Positions 1 through 9,367 of a DNA stretch of 64,000 bases are shown piece after piece. The position numbers were made by a program, and so were the translations under genes. The notes under the pieces were generated by a model. It was not told the origin of the DNA and did no database searches. It was given only the letters and a program-made list of their open reading frames with translations. The number at the start of each line of letters is the position of its first letter. Position 1 is the first letter of the stretch. Origin of the DNA: Elusimicrobiota bacterium (lineage in GTDB: Bacteria > Elusimicrobiota > Endomicrobiia > CG1-02-37-114 > JAHJSO01); the NCBI GenBank assembly GCA_043826435.1, contig JBDRQF010000038.1, forward strand, positions 1 to 64,000, given 5' to 3'.

Positions 1-1
1 C

Positions 2-337
2 AAGAGAGAGTTAGGGGAGTATGCGTGGTATAGTAGTGATCCAGAAAGCAAAACTCACCCAGTAGGGCAGAAGAAACCAAACGCTTGGGGACTCTATGAT
101 ATGCACGGAAATGTGTGGGAGTGGTGTTCTGACTGGTATGACAGTGGATATTATTCAAAAAGTCCGAGCAATAATCCGGAGGGTCCTGGTGGTGGGAGGT
201 ACCGTGTCCTGCGCGGTGGCAGTTGGGACTACAATGCTGGCTTTTGTCGTTCGACTATTCGCGGCTGGAGCGCTCCAGTCGGCAGGCTCAACGGCGGGGG
301 TTTTCGGTGTGCGGTTGGGGTAGTGCAAGGTCGTTGA
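2..337 (+). CDS. C-terminal part of an FGE-sulfatase (SUMF1, C-lectin fold) domain protein, 5'-truncated by the window edge
   Basis: Frame 2 is open from base 2: ...THPVGQKKPNAWGLYDMHGNVWEWCSDWY...RVLRGGSW...GFRCA, the canonical FGE-sulfatase motifs. Confidence 0.9.
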   Translation, partial: KRELGEYAWYSSDPESKTHPVGQKKPNAWGLYDMHGNVWEWCSDWYDSGYYSKSPSNNPEGPGGGRYRVLRGGSWDYNAGFCRSTIRGWSAPVGRLNGGGFRCAVGVVQGR

Positions 338-403
338 GAATCTGATAATCTGTTTCACCGCCGAAGGTGGTGCCGCAAAAAATTTTCAAAATAATAGAAG
401 TGA

Positions 404-661
404 GTGAATATGAAAACATCAGTAATTAGACCCGAAATAATTTCACCAAAAGTTTTCAAAGAAATTCCCTCTTGGGTAAAAAGATATTCCGTAGGTGAAA
501 CAAGCGAATATGTATATGCTGGCGGCTGCTCACCACCAGCATTCTACTACAAAGACACAGTTGAAAATACAAAAAATCAAGCAAGAACAGAACTTGCCAA
601 AACAATTAAGGTGCAAGTGAAAGAAGAAATAAATGTTGCCTTGATAGATAAAATAACATAG
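404..661 (+). CDS. Small hypothetical protein, possibly an LPP20-like fragment
   Basis: 85-aa ORF; PSWV...ARTELAKTIKVQV is only reminiscent of LPP20 lipoproteins; no signal peptide seen. Confidence 0.35.
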   Translation: MNMKTSVIRPEIISPKVFKEIPSWVKRYSVGETSEYVYAGGCSPPAFYYKDTVENTKNQARTELAKTIKVQVKEEINVALIDKIT

Positions 662-675
662 GAGGAAAATACCGT

Positions 676-954
676 ATGGACAGACGTAAACAATTATTAG
701 GTGGTGTTTTTTTACTCGGAGGAATATTGGGTGTAGTAGTTGTCAGATATTTTTTCCTAATTCCGATAGAAGTGCTTGGATGGAAAATATTCTGGCATTT
801 TTTAATTGAAGGTAAGATAATGAATCTTGATGCCGTTGCAAAATCTTCAACCTTTTTAAAATGCTTGATTGGATTTTTAGTCGGTGGAGTAATTCTCAGA
901 ATTATCAGTGAAATAATTTATAAGACATTTTATGAAGAGAAAAAACAACCGTAA
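676..954 (+). CDS. Small membrane protein
   Basis: GGAGG RBS at 661-665; 2-3 hydrophobic segments. Confidence 0.65.
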   Translation: MDRRKQLLGGVFLLGGILGVVVVRYFFLIPIEVLGWKIFWHFLIEGKIMNLDAVAKSSTFLKCLIGFLVGGVILRIISEIIYKTFYEEKKQP

Positions 955-979
955 TCTAAATTGAAACGATAGTTGTAAA

Positions 980-1363
980 ATGAAAATAAATATATTTGCA
1001 AATAAGAAGATAGGTGTGGTAATCATCTCTCTGATTTTCTTGACTTCTCTTATTCTTTTTATTAACCCGGATTTCTTGCTTGAAGTTTTACCATCTTGTG
1101 TTTTGAATACTGTCTTTGGAATAAAATGTCCTTTTTGTGGAATGACACAGGATATAGTTTTGATAGTAAAAGGATATCAACCAGTACATAATCCATTTTC
1201 GCCGGCTATGGTCGTAATTGCTTTTCTTGTGTATCCTTTGGTCTTAATTCTCAGATACTTCTTTAAGATTGAAATAAAAATTTCATACAATTTGGCAAAA
1301 ATTGTTCTATTATTAACAATGCTAATTATGGTTGTATTTAACAACATCAAATGCTCAAATTAA
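980..1363 (+). CDS. DUF2752-like membrane protein
   Basis: PSCVLNTVFGIKCPFCGMT motif plus hydrophobic helices. Confidence 0.75.
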   Translation: MKINIFANKKIGVVIISLIFLTSLILFINPDFLLEVLPSCVLNTVFGIKCPFCGMTQDIVLIVKGYQPVHNPFSPAMVVIAFLVYPLVLILRYFFKIEIKISYNLAKIVLLLTMLIMVVFNNIKCSN

Positions 1364-1376
1364 AACAGGAGGGTAT

Positions 1377-2534
1377 ATGGGACTTATTGGTATAATTATT
1401 GTTGTGGTAGTCGGCGTTTTAGTAGCACAGGACGCTAAGAAGAGAGGTATGAGTCCTTGGGTGTGGGGAATAGGGGTTTTTCTGTTATGCATTGTTTTTC
1501 TACCAATATATTTTATTGTTAGAAAACCATTAGTAACTGATAGTACTACCATTCCTATAAGACAAACTGGAGTGTCTGCAGATAACTCATATCCCAAAAA
1601 GAAATGCCCGCAATGTGCCGAGATGGTTAAAGAAGAGGCAAAAGTATGTCGTTTTTGTGGCTACAATTTTGAACAACCGGTTCCTCCTTCTGCAAAAGAA
1701 ACTGTAATTGCTTCGTCTGATGTCACCCCCTTAACCACCGTGTTACTTACTGACAAATATGAACTTTTGCGAGAATTTGGACGAGGAGGTATGGGCATTG
1801 TCTATGAAGCAGTAAACCGTGCTTTGGGTAAGAAAGTAGCAATAAAAAAAATGAGAGAAGAATTAAAAATTAACCCAAGAGAGAAAGAGAAATTTCTAAA
1901 AGAAGCAAGAACAGTTGCAGAACTTCATCACCCCAATATAATTGATATATATGATATTCTGGAGGAAAACAATGATATATATCTGATATTTGAATTTGTT
2001 GATGGGAAAACTTTGGATAGAATTTTAAATGAGCAAGGCAAAATGCCTTCGCGAAAGGCAATAAATATAATATCAGAAATTTGTAAAGCTATTGTATATG
2101 CGCATAACCATAGAGTTATCCATCGTGACCTTAAACCATCAAATGTTATGATTGGGTTTGACGGACAGATAAAAGTTATGGACTTTGGAATAGCCCGTGA
2201 AGCAAAAGATACTATTTCTCGTGTAAGTGGTTATGAGACATCTGGAACACTTTGTTATATGGCGCCAGAACAACATCTGGGGATATTTGATGCACGGACA
2301 GACATATTTGGTCTTGGTGTGATATTTTACGAAATGTTATTTGCAGAATCACCATTCAGAGGTCCTGATTTTCTTGCACAGAAGAGAGAAATGGTCTATC
2401 CAAAGCCAAAGGAAATATTGTCTGATATTCCCGACACAATAAATGAAGTCATTATTAAATGTTTGCAGGCAGAAAAAGAAAAGAGATACCAAAATGTGGA
2501 GGATTTATTGATTGTTTTGAGTAATATTCAATGA
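1377..2534 (+). CDS. Membrane-anchored Hanks-type Ser/Thr kinase with zinc ribbon
   Basis: RBS GGAGG before ATG 1377; 2 TM segments; CPQC..CRFC; GRGGMG, VAIK, HRDLKPSN, DFG and APE motifs. Confidence 0.92.
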   Translation: MGLIGIIIVVVVGVLVAQDAKKRGMSPWVWGIGVFLLCIVFLPIYFIVRKPLVTDSTTIPIRQTGVSADNSYPKKKCPQCAEMVKEEAKVCRFCGYNFEQPVPPSAKETVIASSDVTPLTTVLLTDKYELLREFGRGGMGIVYEAVNRALGKKVAIKKMREELKINPREKEKFLKEARTVAELHHPNIIDIYDILEENNDIYLIFEFVDGKTLDRILNEQGKMPSRKAINIISEICKAIVYAHNHRVIHRDLKPSNVMIGFDGQIKVMDFGIAREAKDTISRVSGYETSGTLCYMAPEQHLGIFDARTDIFGLGVIFYEMLFAESPFRGPDFLAQKREMVYPKPKEILSDIPDTINEVIIKCLQAEKEKRYQNVEDLLIVLSNIQ

Positions 2535-2613
2535 TAAGAAGTGTCTTTTTAAGCCCGTGCTTCTTGTGTAAATGAACAAGGTAAGGGAAATCGGGTTAAA
2601 GTGGAGAATAAAG

Positions 2614-2778
2614 ATGGCTCTAATAAAATGTCCTGAGTGCGGGAAAGAATTTTCTGAGTTTTCAAATAACTGTCCAAATTGTGGAATACCAACAGGGAAA
2701 ATAAAATTAATAGTATGTCCTGATTGTGGCGCAAAAAACAGAGATATAGCAAATTTCTGTAAAAGGTGGGGGTTGTAA
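2614..2778 (+). CDS. Double zinc-ribbon protein, probably truncated
   Basis: MALIKCPEC..CPNC..CPDC..CKRW then an early stop; GGAG RBS upstream. Confidence 0.55.
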   Translation: MALIKCPECGKEFSEFSNNCPNCGIPTGKIKLIVCPDCGAKNRDIANFCKRWGL

Positions 2779-2875
2779 TCGTGTTAATACTTGTCTATTT
2801 CGGAGTTAAGGGTTGTGAATCTATATCAAATGACCTGAAGAAGTTTCCAATTTCATATCCTTATAGAAGCGAGAA

Positions 2876-2904
2876 TTGACAAATTACATATTATATGATA
2901 ACAT
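2876..2904 (+). promoter_or_regulatory. sigma70-type promoter candidate
   Basis: TTGACA-17 bp-TAACAT upstream of the ATPase gene. Confidence 0.55.
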
Positions 2905-2943
2905 AATATATGTAAAAATATATAAAAGGGGGATATATATCTT

Positions 2944-4095
2944 ATGAAAAAATTAAATCCGTTTCGTTTTAGAGGTCCTGCATCTGTAAATTTGATGGCT
3001 GGTAGGGAAAACGAAAAAAAACAACTATTAAGTATTATAAAAAATAGTCAGAGTGCTGTTCTTTATGCGCCCCGAAGGACAGGCAAAACATGGCTTTTGG
3101 AAATAGTTGCCAAGGAAGCATCTAAAGAAAAAATTATACCTGTATATTTTGATTTATTTCCGATTTCATCTGTCATACATTTCATTGAATCATATGCTAC
3201 TGCTATAATCAAATCGATTGCTAAAACAAGTAAATCTGCGCAGGAATTATTTAATACACATTTTTCATTTTTAAATCCACAAATTACTTTTAGCAAAAAT
3301 AATTGGTTGATAACCTATAATTGGGAACGCACAGATAACGGGATAAAAAGATTATTCCCTATACTTCTCGCTTTGCCAGAAAGTATCGCTAAAGAAAAAA
3401 AAGCAAAATTGGTAGTTATTTTTGATGAATTTCAAGAAATAGATCGACTTGATGGGGAAAAATGGGAAAAAGAAATGCGCTCTATTTTTCAACAACAAAA
3501 AAGAGTATCTTACATTTTCTCTGGCAGTAAGACACATTTGTTGGTAAATATGTTTACTGATGTGCGTAGACCATTCTATCAGTCATCTGCAATGATTTTG
3601 CTTTCAGAAATATCAAATAATAATTGGAAAAAATTTATATCAAAAAAACTCAAAGGTACTAATGTAAATTTTATTGAAGATGTCATTGACCAACTTATTC
3701 TTTTAACAGGCGGACATCCTTATTATACCCAACTCTTATGTTATTTTGTTTGGGAGAAGTGTAATGTTAAAGGGATGATTATATCCGAAGATGTGACTCA
3801 ATGCTTAACTGAGGCGCTATATAATGAATATCCGTACTTTGGCCAGTTATGGGATGGACTACCACTAATCCAGAAGCAACTATTAATATCTATTGCTAAA
3901 GAAGGTGGAAGACATATTTTTTCAGGTGATTTTATGATTGCTAACTCATTAGGACCTGTTTCAAGTATACGGATAGCATCCATTGCTTTATCTAAACAAA
4001 AAGAGATATTAGATAAAGTAAAAGATGAATATAAATTTACTGATCCATTTTTTAGATTATGGATTCGCCGTGAAATTATTGGTTTCCCTGAATAA
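2944..4095 (+). CDS. AAA / archaeal-type P-loop ATPase (ATPase_2-like)
   Basis: NPF..GRE.E N-terminus, Walker A APRRTGKT, Walker B VVIFDEFQ, GGHPYY, C-terminal DPFFRLW. Confidence 0.88.
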   Translation: MKKLNPFRFRGPASVNLMAGRENEKKQLLSIIKNSQSAVLYAPRRTGKTWLLEIVAKEASKEKIIPVYFDLFPISSVIHFIESYATAIIKSIAKTSKSAQELFNTHFSFLNPQITFSKNNWLITYNWERTDNGIKRLFPILLALPESIAKEKKAKLVVIFDEFQEIDRLDGEKWEKEMRSIFQQQKRVSYIFSGSKTHLLVNMFTDVRRPFYQSSAMILLSEISNNNWKKFISKKLKGTNVNFIEDVIDQLILLTGGHPYYTQLLCYFVWEKCNVKGMIISEDVTQCLTEALYNEYPYFGQLWDGLPLIQKQLLISIAKEGGRHIFSGDFMIANSLGPVSSIRIASIALSKQKEILDKVKDEYKFTDPFFRLWIRREIIGFPE

Positions 4096-4151
4096 TCCCA
4101 TAAGATGAAAATAACAGTAAGAATGAAACAAATGCCTTCGGAGAAATTACT

Positions 4152-4889
4152 ATGATATACGCGATGATAGCCGATATTCATTCAAACATAGAAGCATTAA
4201 AGGTAGTCATTAAGCAGATTCAGGGCTCCGGAGTTGACAGGACCATATGTCTCGGAGATATAGTCGGTTACGGGCCCAATCCCAAAGAATGTATAGAATT
4301 AATAAAAACTCTTCCTGATGTTGAAGTGATTCTTGGTAATCACGATGCCGCGGTTATAAATAAAACAGAAATAAAGGACTTTAATGAATATGCAAAACAG
4401 GCGATAGAAATAAACAAAGGACTGCTCACCGAAGAAGATAAGGAATATCTGACAACGCTAAAAGAGAAACACACGGAAACAGATATTCTTTTTGTCCACG
4501 GTTCGCCAAGGGATCCTCTAAATGAATATCTTTTAACAATGAAGAAATTGCAGGAGAATATAGAGTTATTCAATGAGAAAATTTGTTTTGGAGGGCATAC
4601 GCATTTACCACTGGTTTATAGCAGGTCTGGTTCAGGAGAAGATCATATTGAGAATCCCGAAGACAATCAGGAATTCAAATTGCTTGAAGATAGAAAATAT
4701 ATTATTAATGTGGGTTCTGTCGGTCAGCCGAGAGATGGGGATAACCGCGCTTGTTTTGTATATTATGACACATCCGAAAATAAGATAACATATTGTCGCT
4801 TGAAATATGACATTGAATCGGTGCAGAAAAAAATGAAAAATCTACAACTGCCGAAATTTTTAATAAACCGTTTAAGCGAAGGGAAGTAA
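4152..4889 (+). CDS. Calcineurin-like metallophosphoesterase
   Basis: DIHSN, GDIVGYG, GNHD, HGSP, GHTH and NVGSVGQPRDG motifs. Confidence 0.92.
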   Translation: MIYAMIADIHSNIEALKVVIKQIQGSGVDRTICLGDIVGYGPNPKECIELIKTLPDVEVILGNHDAAVINKTEIKDFNEYAKQAIEINKGLLTEEDKEYLTTLKEKHTETDILFVHGSPRDPLNEYLLTMKKLQENIELFNEKICFGGHTHLPLVYSRSGSGEDHIENPEDNQEFKLLEDRKYIINVGSVGQPRDGDNRACFVYYDTSENKITYCRLKYDIESVQKKMKNLQLPKFLINRLSEGK

Positions 4890-4960
4890 AATTTTCACAG
4901 GACATAAGGGGTAATTGACATTTCACAAATTTTTTGGTAACCTGAATGTGACGGGGATGC

Positions 4961-5031
4961 GATTGCTTCGTCGCTAACGCTCCTCGCAATGACACGCGGA
5001 AAGTTTACAAATGACACGCGGAAAGTTTACA
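4961..5031. repeat. REP-like element (minus orientation) overlapping a 22-bp exact tandem duplication
   Basis: gattgcttcgtcgctaacgctcctcgcaatgaca; aatgacacgcggaaagtttaca at 4988-5009 and 5010-5031. Confidence 0.8.
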
Positions 5032-5045
5032 TCGGGTTACCAATC

Positions 5046-5711
5046 ATGTCCTTAACTTCATTTGAAGAAGTCATGTGCCCGTGCGGCGAGGTCTTTGAGG
5101 CGGAACTCGTCAGCGCCGTAAATGCCGGCCAGCATCCGTTTCTGAAAGACACGCTGATGTCGGGCGGGCTCAATGTCGTCGCCTGTCCATCCTGCAATAC
5201 CCTCTTTTACGCAGAACGTTTCCTGCTTTATATTGACCTGGCGGAAGAACTTGTTGCCTTTGTCTATCCGAAGTCATACTCGGATGAAAGCCATCAGTGG
5301 CAGGAAAAGATGCATTCTGATTTTGAGAAAGCCCGCAGTTTAATTGATGCGGACGAAGGGAACGGGGGTCTTGAATACCCGCCCGTTATCCTGTTCGGGA
5401 TGGATTCGCTGGTTGAATTGCTGCAGAAGGAGCAGTCCGCGCGGGACGAGATTGAAATGCTTGAGATTGCATCCGCCGGGAAAGGCAACGCCCTTTCCGT
5501 CTTGCGCCTGAAGCCGGTAGTGGCGAGGGAGATGCATCTGCCGCCTGTTTTGCCGAGAGTGAAGTCGGACGGCAACGACCTCCGTAAGGAAGTAATAAGC
5601 GGGCTTGAAAAACTGCTTGAAATATTTCCCGATATGGAAGTATTCCGCGGCATTTATGAAAGGATAAGAAAGGATGATTCGTTTAAAATAAACCCGGGGT
5701 GCCTTAAATAA
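5046..5711 (+). CDS. CpXC domain protein
   Basis: N-terminal CPCG...F.AEL..AVN and CPSC zinc knuckles, LLYID motif. Confidence 0.75.
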   Translation: MSLTSFEEVMCPCGEVFEAELVSAVNAGQHPFLKDTLMSGGLNVVACPSCNTLFYAERFLLYIDLAEELVAFVYPKSYSDESHQWQEKMHSDFEKARSLIDADEGNGGLEYPPVILFGMDSLVELLQKEQSARDEIEMLEIASAGKGNALSVLRLKPVVAREMHLPPVLPRVKSDGNDLRKEVISGLEKLLEIFPDMEVFRGIYERIRKDDSFKINPGCLK

Positions 5712-5712
5712 A

Positions 5713-7257
5713 ATGGATTATTTGTTAGCGGATGCGCCCGGCGACGGGCGGGGCTTTTCAAAGTTATATCTCAACCTCAGGGAGAGGTTCCTTGCATCAG
5801 GGCAGGACGACCGGGCGGGCGGTTCAGCCGGACAAACCTTTTCACTCATCAACGAAAAATCAATAAAGGTTATATGGTATGAAAAAAGGTATAACGCGGA
5901 CGCTCTTTTAACCGTTGACGGTAAAAAGATTGACGTGGAAAATCCGGGCGAGTGGAACCTCGGCCCCGGACCTGATTTTACGGGCGCCGAGATAAAGATA
6001 GACGGCAGGAGGTTTTCGGGCGACATTGAAGTCCACGGGAGGCATTCCGACTGGCAGAGACGCAGGAGCGGTGCAGGACATGAGTCCGGGAATACCGTCC
6101 TGCTCGTTTTTTTGATAGACGACAGGCCGAAAACTTCAGCGTGGTTGTCCGGGCAGTTTTTCCGGAAGAAAAACATTCCGCAGTTGTGCCTTGGTGAATT
6201 CATCAACCCGGAAATAATGTCTCCGGCCGGCGACATCGGGGGGTATCCGTGTGTAAAACGTCCGGCAAGGGGAGGTTGCGGCGATTCACTAACTTCAACA
6301 AGGTACGACTATCTTTTTCGTCTGATAAACTCTGCGGGTGACGGCAGGATGTGGCTGAAATCCCGCAGGTACGCATTGAAGAAACCGGGCGCTGAAACGG
6401 AACAGTCGCTCTATGAGGCGGTGTGCGAGTCACTGGGATATAAGGCGAACAAACAACAGATGTTATCCCTTGCGAAGAAAGTAGCGCTTAAGAAGCTAAA
6501 GCCGGTTTTTTTCAGGACTGACCCGGCTCAAAGGGCGATTGCGCTGCAGTCGGTATTTTTTAATATGGCGGGCCTTCTGCCTGAGAGAACGGACGGTTTT
6601 GATGAGGAGACAAAAATTTATGCGGGGCAATTGGGTAAAATCTGGGAAGAGAACAGGCATTTTTTTAACGACGTCCCGCCACTTAAAAAGGAAGAGTGGT
6701 GTTTCGGGAGGATAAGGCCGGTGGGTTATCCCACAAGACGGATTGCAGGGCTTTCTTACATACTCTGTAATTTTCTTGCGAACGGATTTGAAAGGGCGTT
6801 TCTTAAATGGGCGGAGACGCTGACGCCGGGAGAAAAGACGCATGGAGAAAAAATATTTTTCGTTACAGGCCGTGGGTATTTCGCCGCTCGGACAAAATTC
6901 GGGAGCAGCCCGATGGCAAGGCCGTCGGTACTTATAGGCGCAGACAGGTCACGGACGATGATAGTCAACGTAGTTATTCCCTACCTTTTGCAACATGCAT
7001 TAAAACGCAGGGACGCGCGGCTGGAGAAAGCGCTGTCCGAACTCTATGCGTGTTTCCCGCAGACGGAGGAAAATATGCACGTGAAGATGTTCTCTAACCG
7101 CCTTTTCGGAAATGGCCGCAAGATGCGTTTCAGGGAAGAACGGGTGCAGCAGGGACTCATACAGATGTTTTCTGACTTTTGCGACGTCAGGGTTGACGGT
7201 TGCAGGAGGTGCGCCCTTCCGCACATAATACGCTTTTCGCCGCAGGAGTTTTTATGA
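5713..7257 (+). CDS. DUF2851 family protein
   Basis: PGEWN..PGPDF, GDIEVH, LGYKANK, RP..YPTRRI, NVVIP, C-terminal FC...C..C. Confidence 0.75.
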   Translation: MDYLLADAPGDGRGFSKLYLNLRERFLASGQDDRAGGSAGQTFSLINEKSIKVIWYEKRYNADALLTVDGKKIDVENPGEWNLGPGPDFTGAEIKIDGRRFSGDIEVHGRHSDWQRRRSGAGHESGNTVLLVFLIDDRPKTSAWLSGQFFRKKNIPQLCLGEFINPEIMSPAGDIGGYPCVKRPARGGCGDSLTSTRYDYLFRLINSAGDGRMWLKSRRYALKKPGAETEQSLYEAVCESLGYKANKQQMLSLAKKVALKKLKPVFFRTDPAQRAIALQSVFFNMAGLLPERTDGFDEETKIYAGQLGKIWEENRHFFNDVPPLKKEEWCFGRIRPVGYPTRRIAGLSYILCNFLANGFERAFLKWAETLTPGEKTHGEKIFFVTGRGYFAARTKFGSSPMARPSVLIGADRSRTMIVNVVIPYLLQHALKRRDARLEKALSELYACFPQTEENMHVKMFSNRLFGNGRKMRFREERVQQGLIQMFSDFCDVRVDGCRRCALPHIIRFSPQEFL

Positions 7258-7307
7258 GCCGTTTGCCCGTCTTTACTTTCAACTAAAATTTTGGTATCAT
7301 AAGAGGG

Positions 7308-7387
7308 GATTGCTTCGGGGCTTCGCCCCTCGCAATGACAGTATAATAAGAGGGGATTGCTTCGGGGCTTCGCCCCTCGCAATGACA
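7308..7387 (-). repeat. Two tandem REP-like elements (47-bp period)
   Basis: gattgcttcggggcttcgcccctcgcaatgaca occurs twice. Confidence 0.85.
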
Positions 7388-7400
7388 GATGAGGAATGGG

Positions 7401-8726
7401 ATGAACCTTAAAAAAATTTTAATTAAAAATTACCCTGAAAGGTTGTATTCCCTTGTGACGTTTGCAGGGGAGACCGCATCGGCATTCGGTTTCAATGCCT
7501 ATCTTGTGGGCGGTTGCGTCCGGGACATTTTAATGAATAATGTCTCACGGGACATTGATATTGCGTTGGTTCCGGCGGAATTCCATGCAGGTGCGAACAT
7601 AAAAGGTGAAACGTCCCGTAAAGGCGAAACGCCCCGTAAGGGCGAAATGCCCCGTAAAAGTGAAACGCCCCCCGAGTGCCGTGCGGGGATAATTCGCCGT
7701 CTCAACGGCATGGCAGCCGTCATAAAAAAGAAATACAAAGGGTCGCAGTTAAAGGCGCACCCTGAATTCGGAACATTGTCCCTGTTTTTACCGGGCGGGC
7801 GACTTTCACGCAGCAATTCGCTTTCACACAGTGTAGCAAGGGTTGATTTCGCCATAGCGAGAAGGGAAAGATACCCGTCCGCCGGCTCCCTGCCCGCGGT
7901 GGACTTTCCCGCAGACATAAAAGCCGACTTATTACGCAGGGACTTTACAATCAATTCCATAGCCGTTTGTTTATCAGGAGGTCCATCCGGGGAAGTTCTT
8001 GATTTCTACGGCGGGATAAAAGACATAAGGGACAAAAAAATAAACGTTCTGCACCCACGGAGTTTCATTGACGACCCCACCCGTATTTTAAGGGCGCTCA
8101 GGTTTGCGGGCCGGCTCGGGTTTGGCGTCGGAGGAAACACCGGCCGTCTCCTGGCCGACGCAGTACGCAAAAATTATCCCGGGAAGGTATCGCAGGAAAG
8201 AATAACGAACGAATTTTTGCTGGCGATTGGGGAGCCGGACGCCCCGCATATCTTGAAATTATTTTCAAAATATGATATAAATAATACAATATGGCGGGAA
8301 CTTCTCGCGGGACTGCCTGGCCTGCGCAAAGGGAAGGGAAGTGTCCTTTCCGGGATGAGCCGGCTGCGCACGGTTGACGCCCGCCTGTGCCTTTTGTTGC
8401 GGGTGGCAATGCCGGGCAGGGGCTCGCCGGGCATAAAGAACTTTCTCAGGAAAATAAAAGTCAGACGAGAAACAGTCCGTCGGATAACGGGCGTCTTTGA
8501 ATATATGTCCGGTGCAAGGCAGGATGTGTTGCCGCTCTGGGCGAGTGAGTTTTTCAGGATAGCGGGTTTTAAGAAACCGCCTGTCTTAATCACGGGGCAT
8601 GACCTTCTGAAAGAGGGCTTTACCCCGGGGCCTTTGTTCAAAAAAATCCTGTCCGAAGTTCGTGCGAACACTTCCCTGAGTACCAGGAGAAAGGCGCTGG
8701 AATACATAAACAAAAAATACCGATGA
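7401..8726 (+). CDS. cca: tRNA nucleotidyltransferase (CCA/A-adding, class II)
   Basis: GGCVRD, DIDI, RRDFTIN and DDPTRILRALRF motifs; GAGGA RBS before ATG 7401. Confidence 0.85.
   Translation: MNLKKILIKNYPERLYSLVTFAGETASAFGFNAYLVGGCVRDILMNNVSRDIDIALVPAEFHAGANIKGETSRKGETPRKGEMPRKSETPPECRAGIIRRLNGMAAVIKKKYKGSQLKAHPEFGTLSLFLPGGRLSRSNSLSHSVARVDFAIARRERYPSAGSLPAVDFPADIKADLLRRDFTINSIAVCLSGGPSGEVLDFYGGIKDIRDKKINVLHPRSFIDDPTRILRALRFAGRLGFGVGGNTGRLLADAVRKNYPGKVSQERITNEFLLAIGEPDAPHILKLFSKYDINNTIWRELLAGLPGLRKGKGSVLSGMSRLRTVDARLCLLLRVAMPGRGSPGIKNFLRKIKVRRETVRRITGVFEYMSGARQDVLPLWASEFFRIAGFKKPPVLITGHDLLKEGFTPGPLFKKILSEVRANTSLSTRRKALEYINKKYR
7602..7673 (+). repeat. 4 x 18-bp in-frame tandem repeat inside the nucleotidyltransferase gene
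   Basis: aaaggtgaaacgtcccgt variants encoding KGETSR KGETPR KGEMPR KSETPP. Confidence 0.85.
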
Positions 8727-9367
8727 TAGCCATTGTTTACAGGGTACTTATTCTCTATCCGCTGCTCATCTTTTCCGTTACCATGCACGAATATTTCCAC
8801 GGGCTTGTTGCAGAAAAATTCGGCGACGATACGGCAAGGTATTCGGGCCGCCTTACACTCAACCCTCTTGCGCACATTGATTTTTTCGGCACCTTCCTCC
8901 TGCCTATGCTCGCCATAATAACAGGTGCGCCGGTGTTCGGTTGGGCAAAACCCGTGCCGGTTGATCCATACCGGCTGAATAACCCCCGGAAAGACATGAT
9001 ATTCATCGGACTGGCAGGGCCGGCGATAAATCTACTGATAGCCGTTGCGTCTGTGGCAATCATACGGATTATTATAAATATTGAGACATTTTACTTTGTT
9101 ATCCCGTTTTTTCAGTATATGATTATATTGAACGTAATACTGGGGGTGTTTAACATGGTGCCCATCCCTCCGCTGGACGGCAGCAGGGTATTGTCGGGAC
9201 TGCTCCCCCCGCACCTGGCGTTCCAGTACGAGAAGATTACGCCTTATGGTTTTTTCATTGTACTCTTTTTACTCATGAGCGGCATTCTCGGCACAGTCAT
9301 GGGCCCTGTGCTGAATTTTATCGTATCTATGTTGCTGGATGTAAGCAAACTGAGGTCAATACTGTGA
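8723..9367 (+). CDS. Site-2 protease (M50 family)
   Basis: HEYFH zinc motif, NMVPIPPLDG, multiple TM segments. Confidence 0.92.
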   Translation: MIAIVYRVLILYPLLIFSVTMHEYFHGLVAEKFGDDTARYSGRLTLNPLAHIDFFGTFLLPMLAIITGAPVFGWAKPVPVDPYRLNNPRKDMIFIGLAGPAINLLIAVASVAIIRIIINIETFYFVIPFFQYMIILNVILGVFNMVPIPPLDGSRVLSGLLPPHLAFQYEKITPYGFFIVLFLLMSGILGTVMGPVLNFIVSMLLDVSKLRSIL

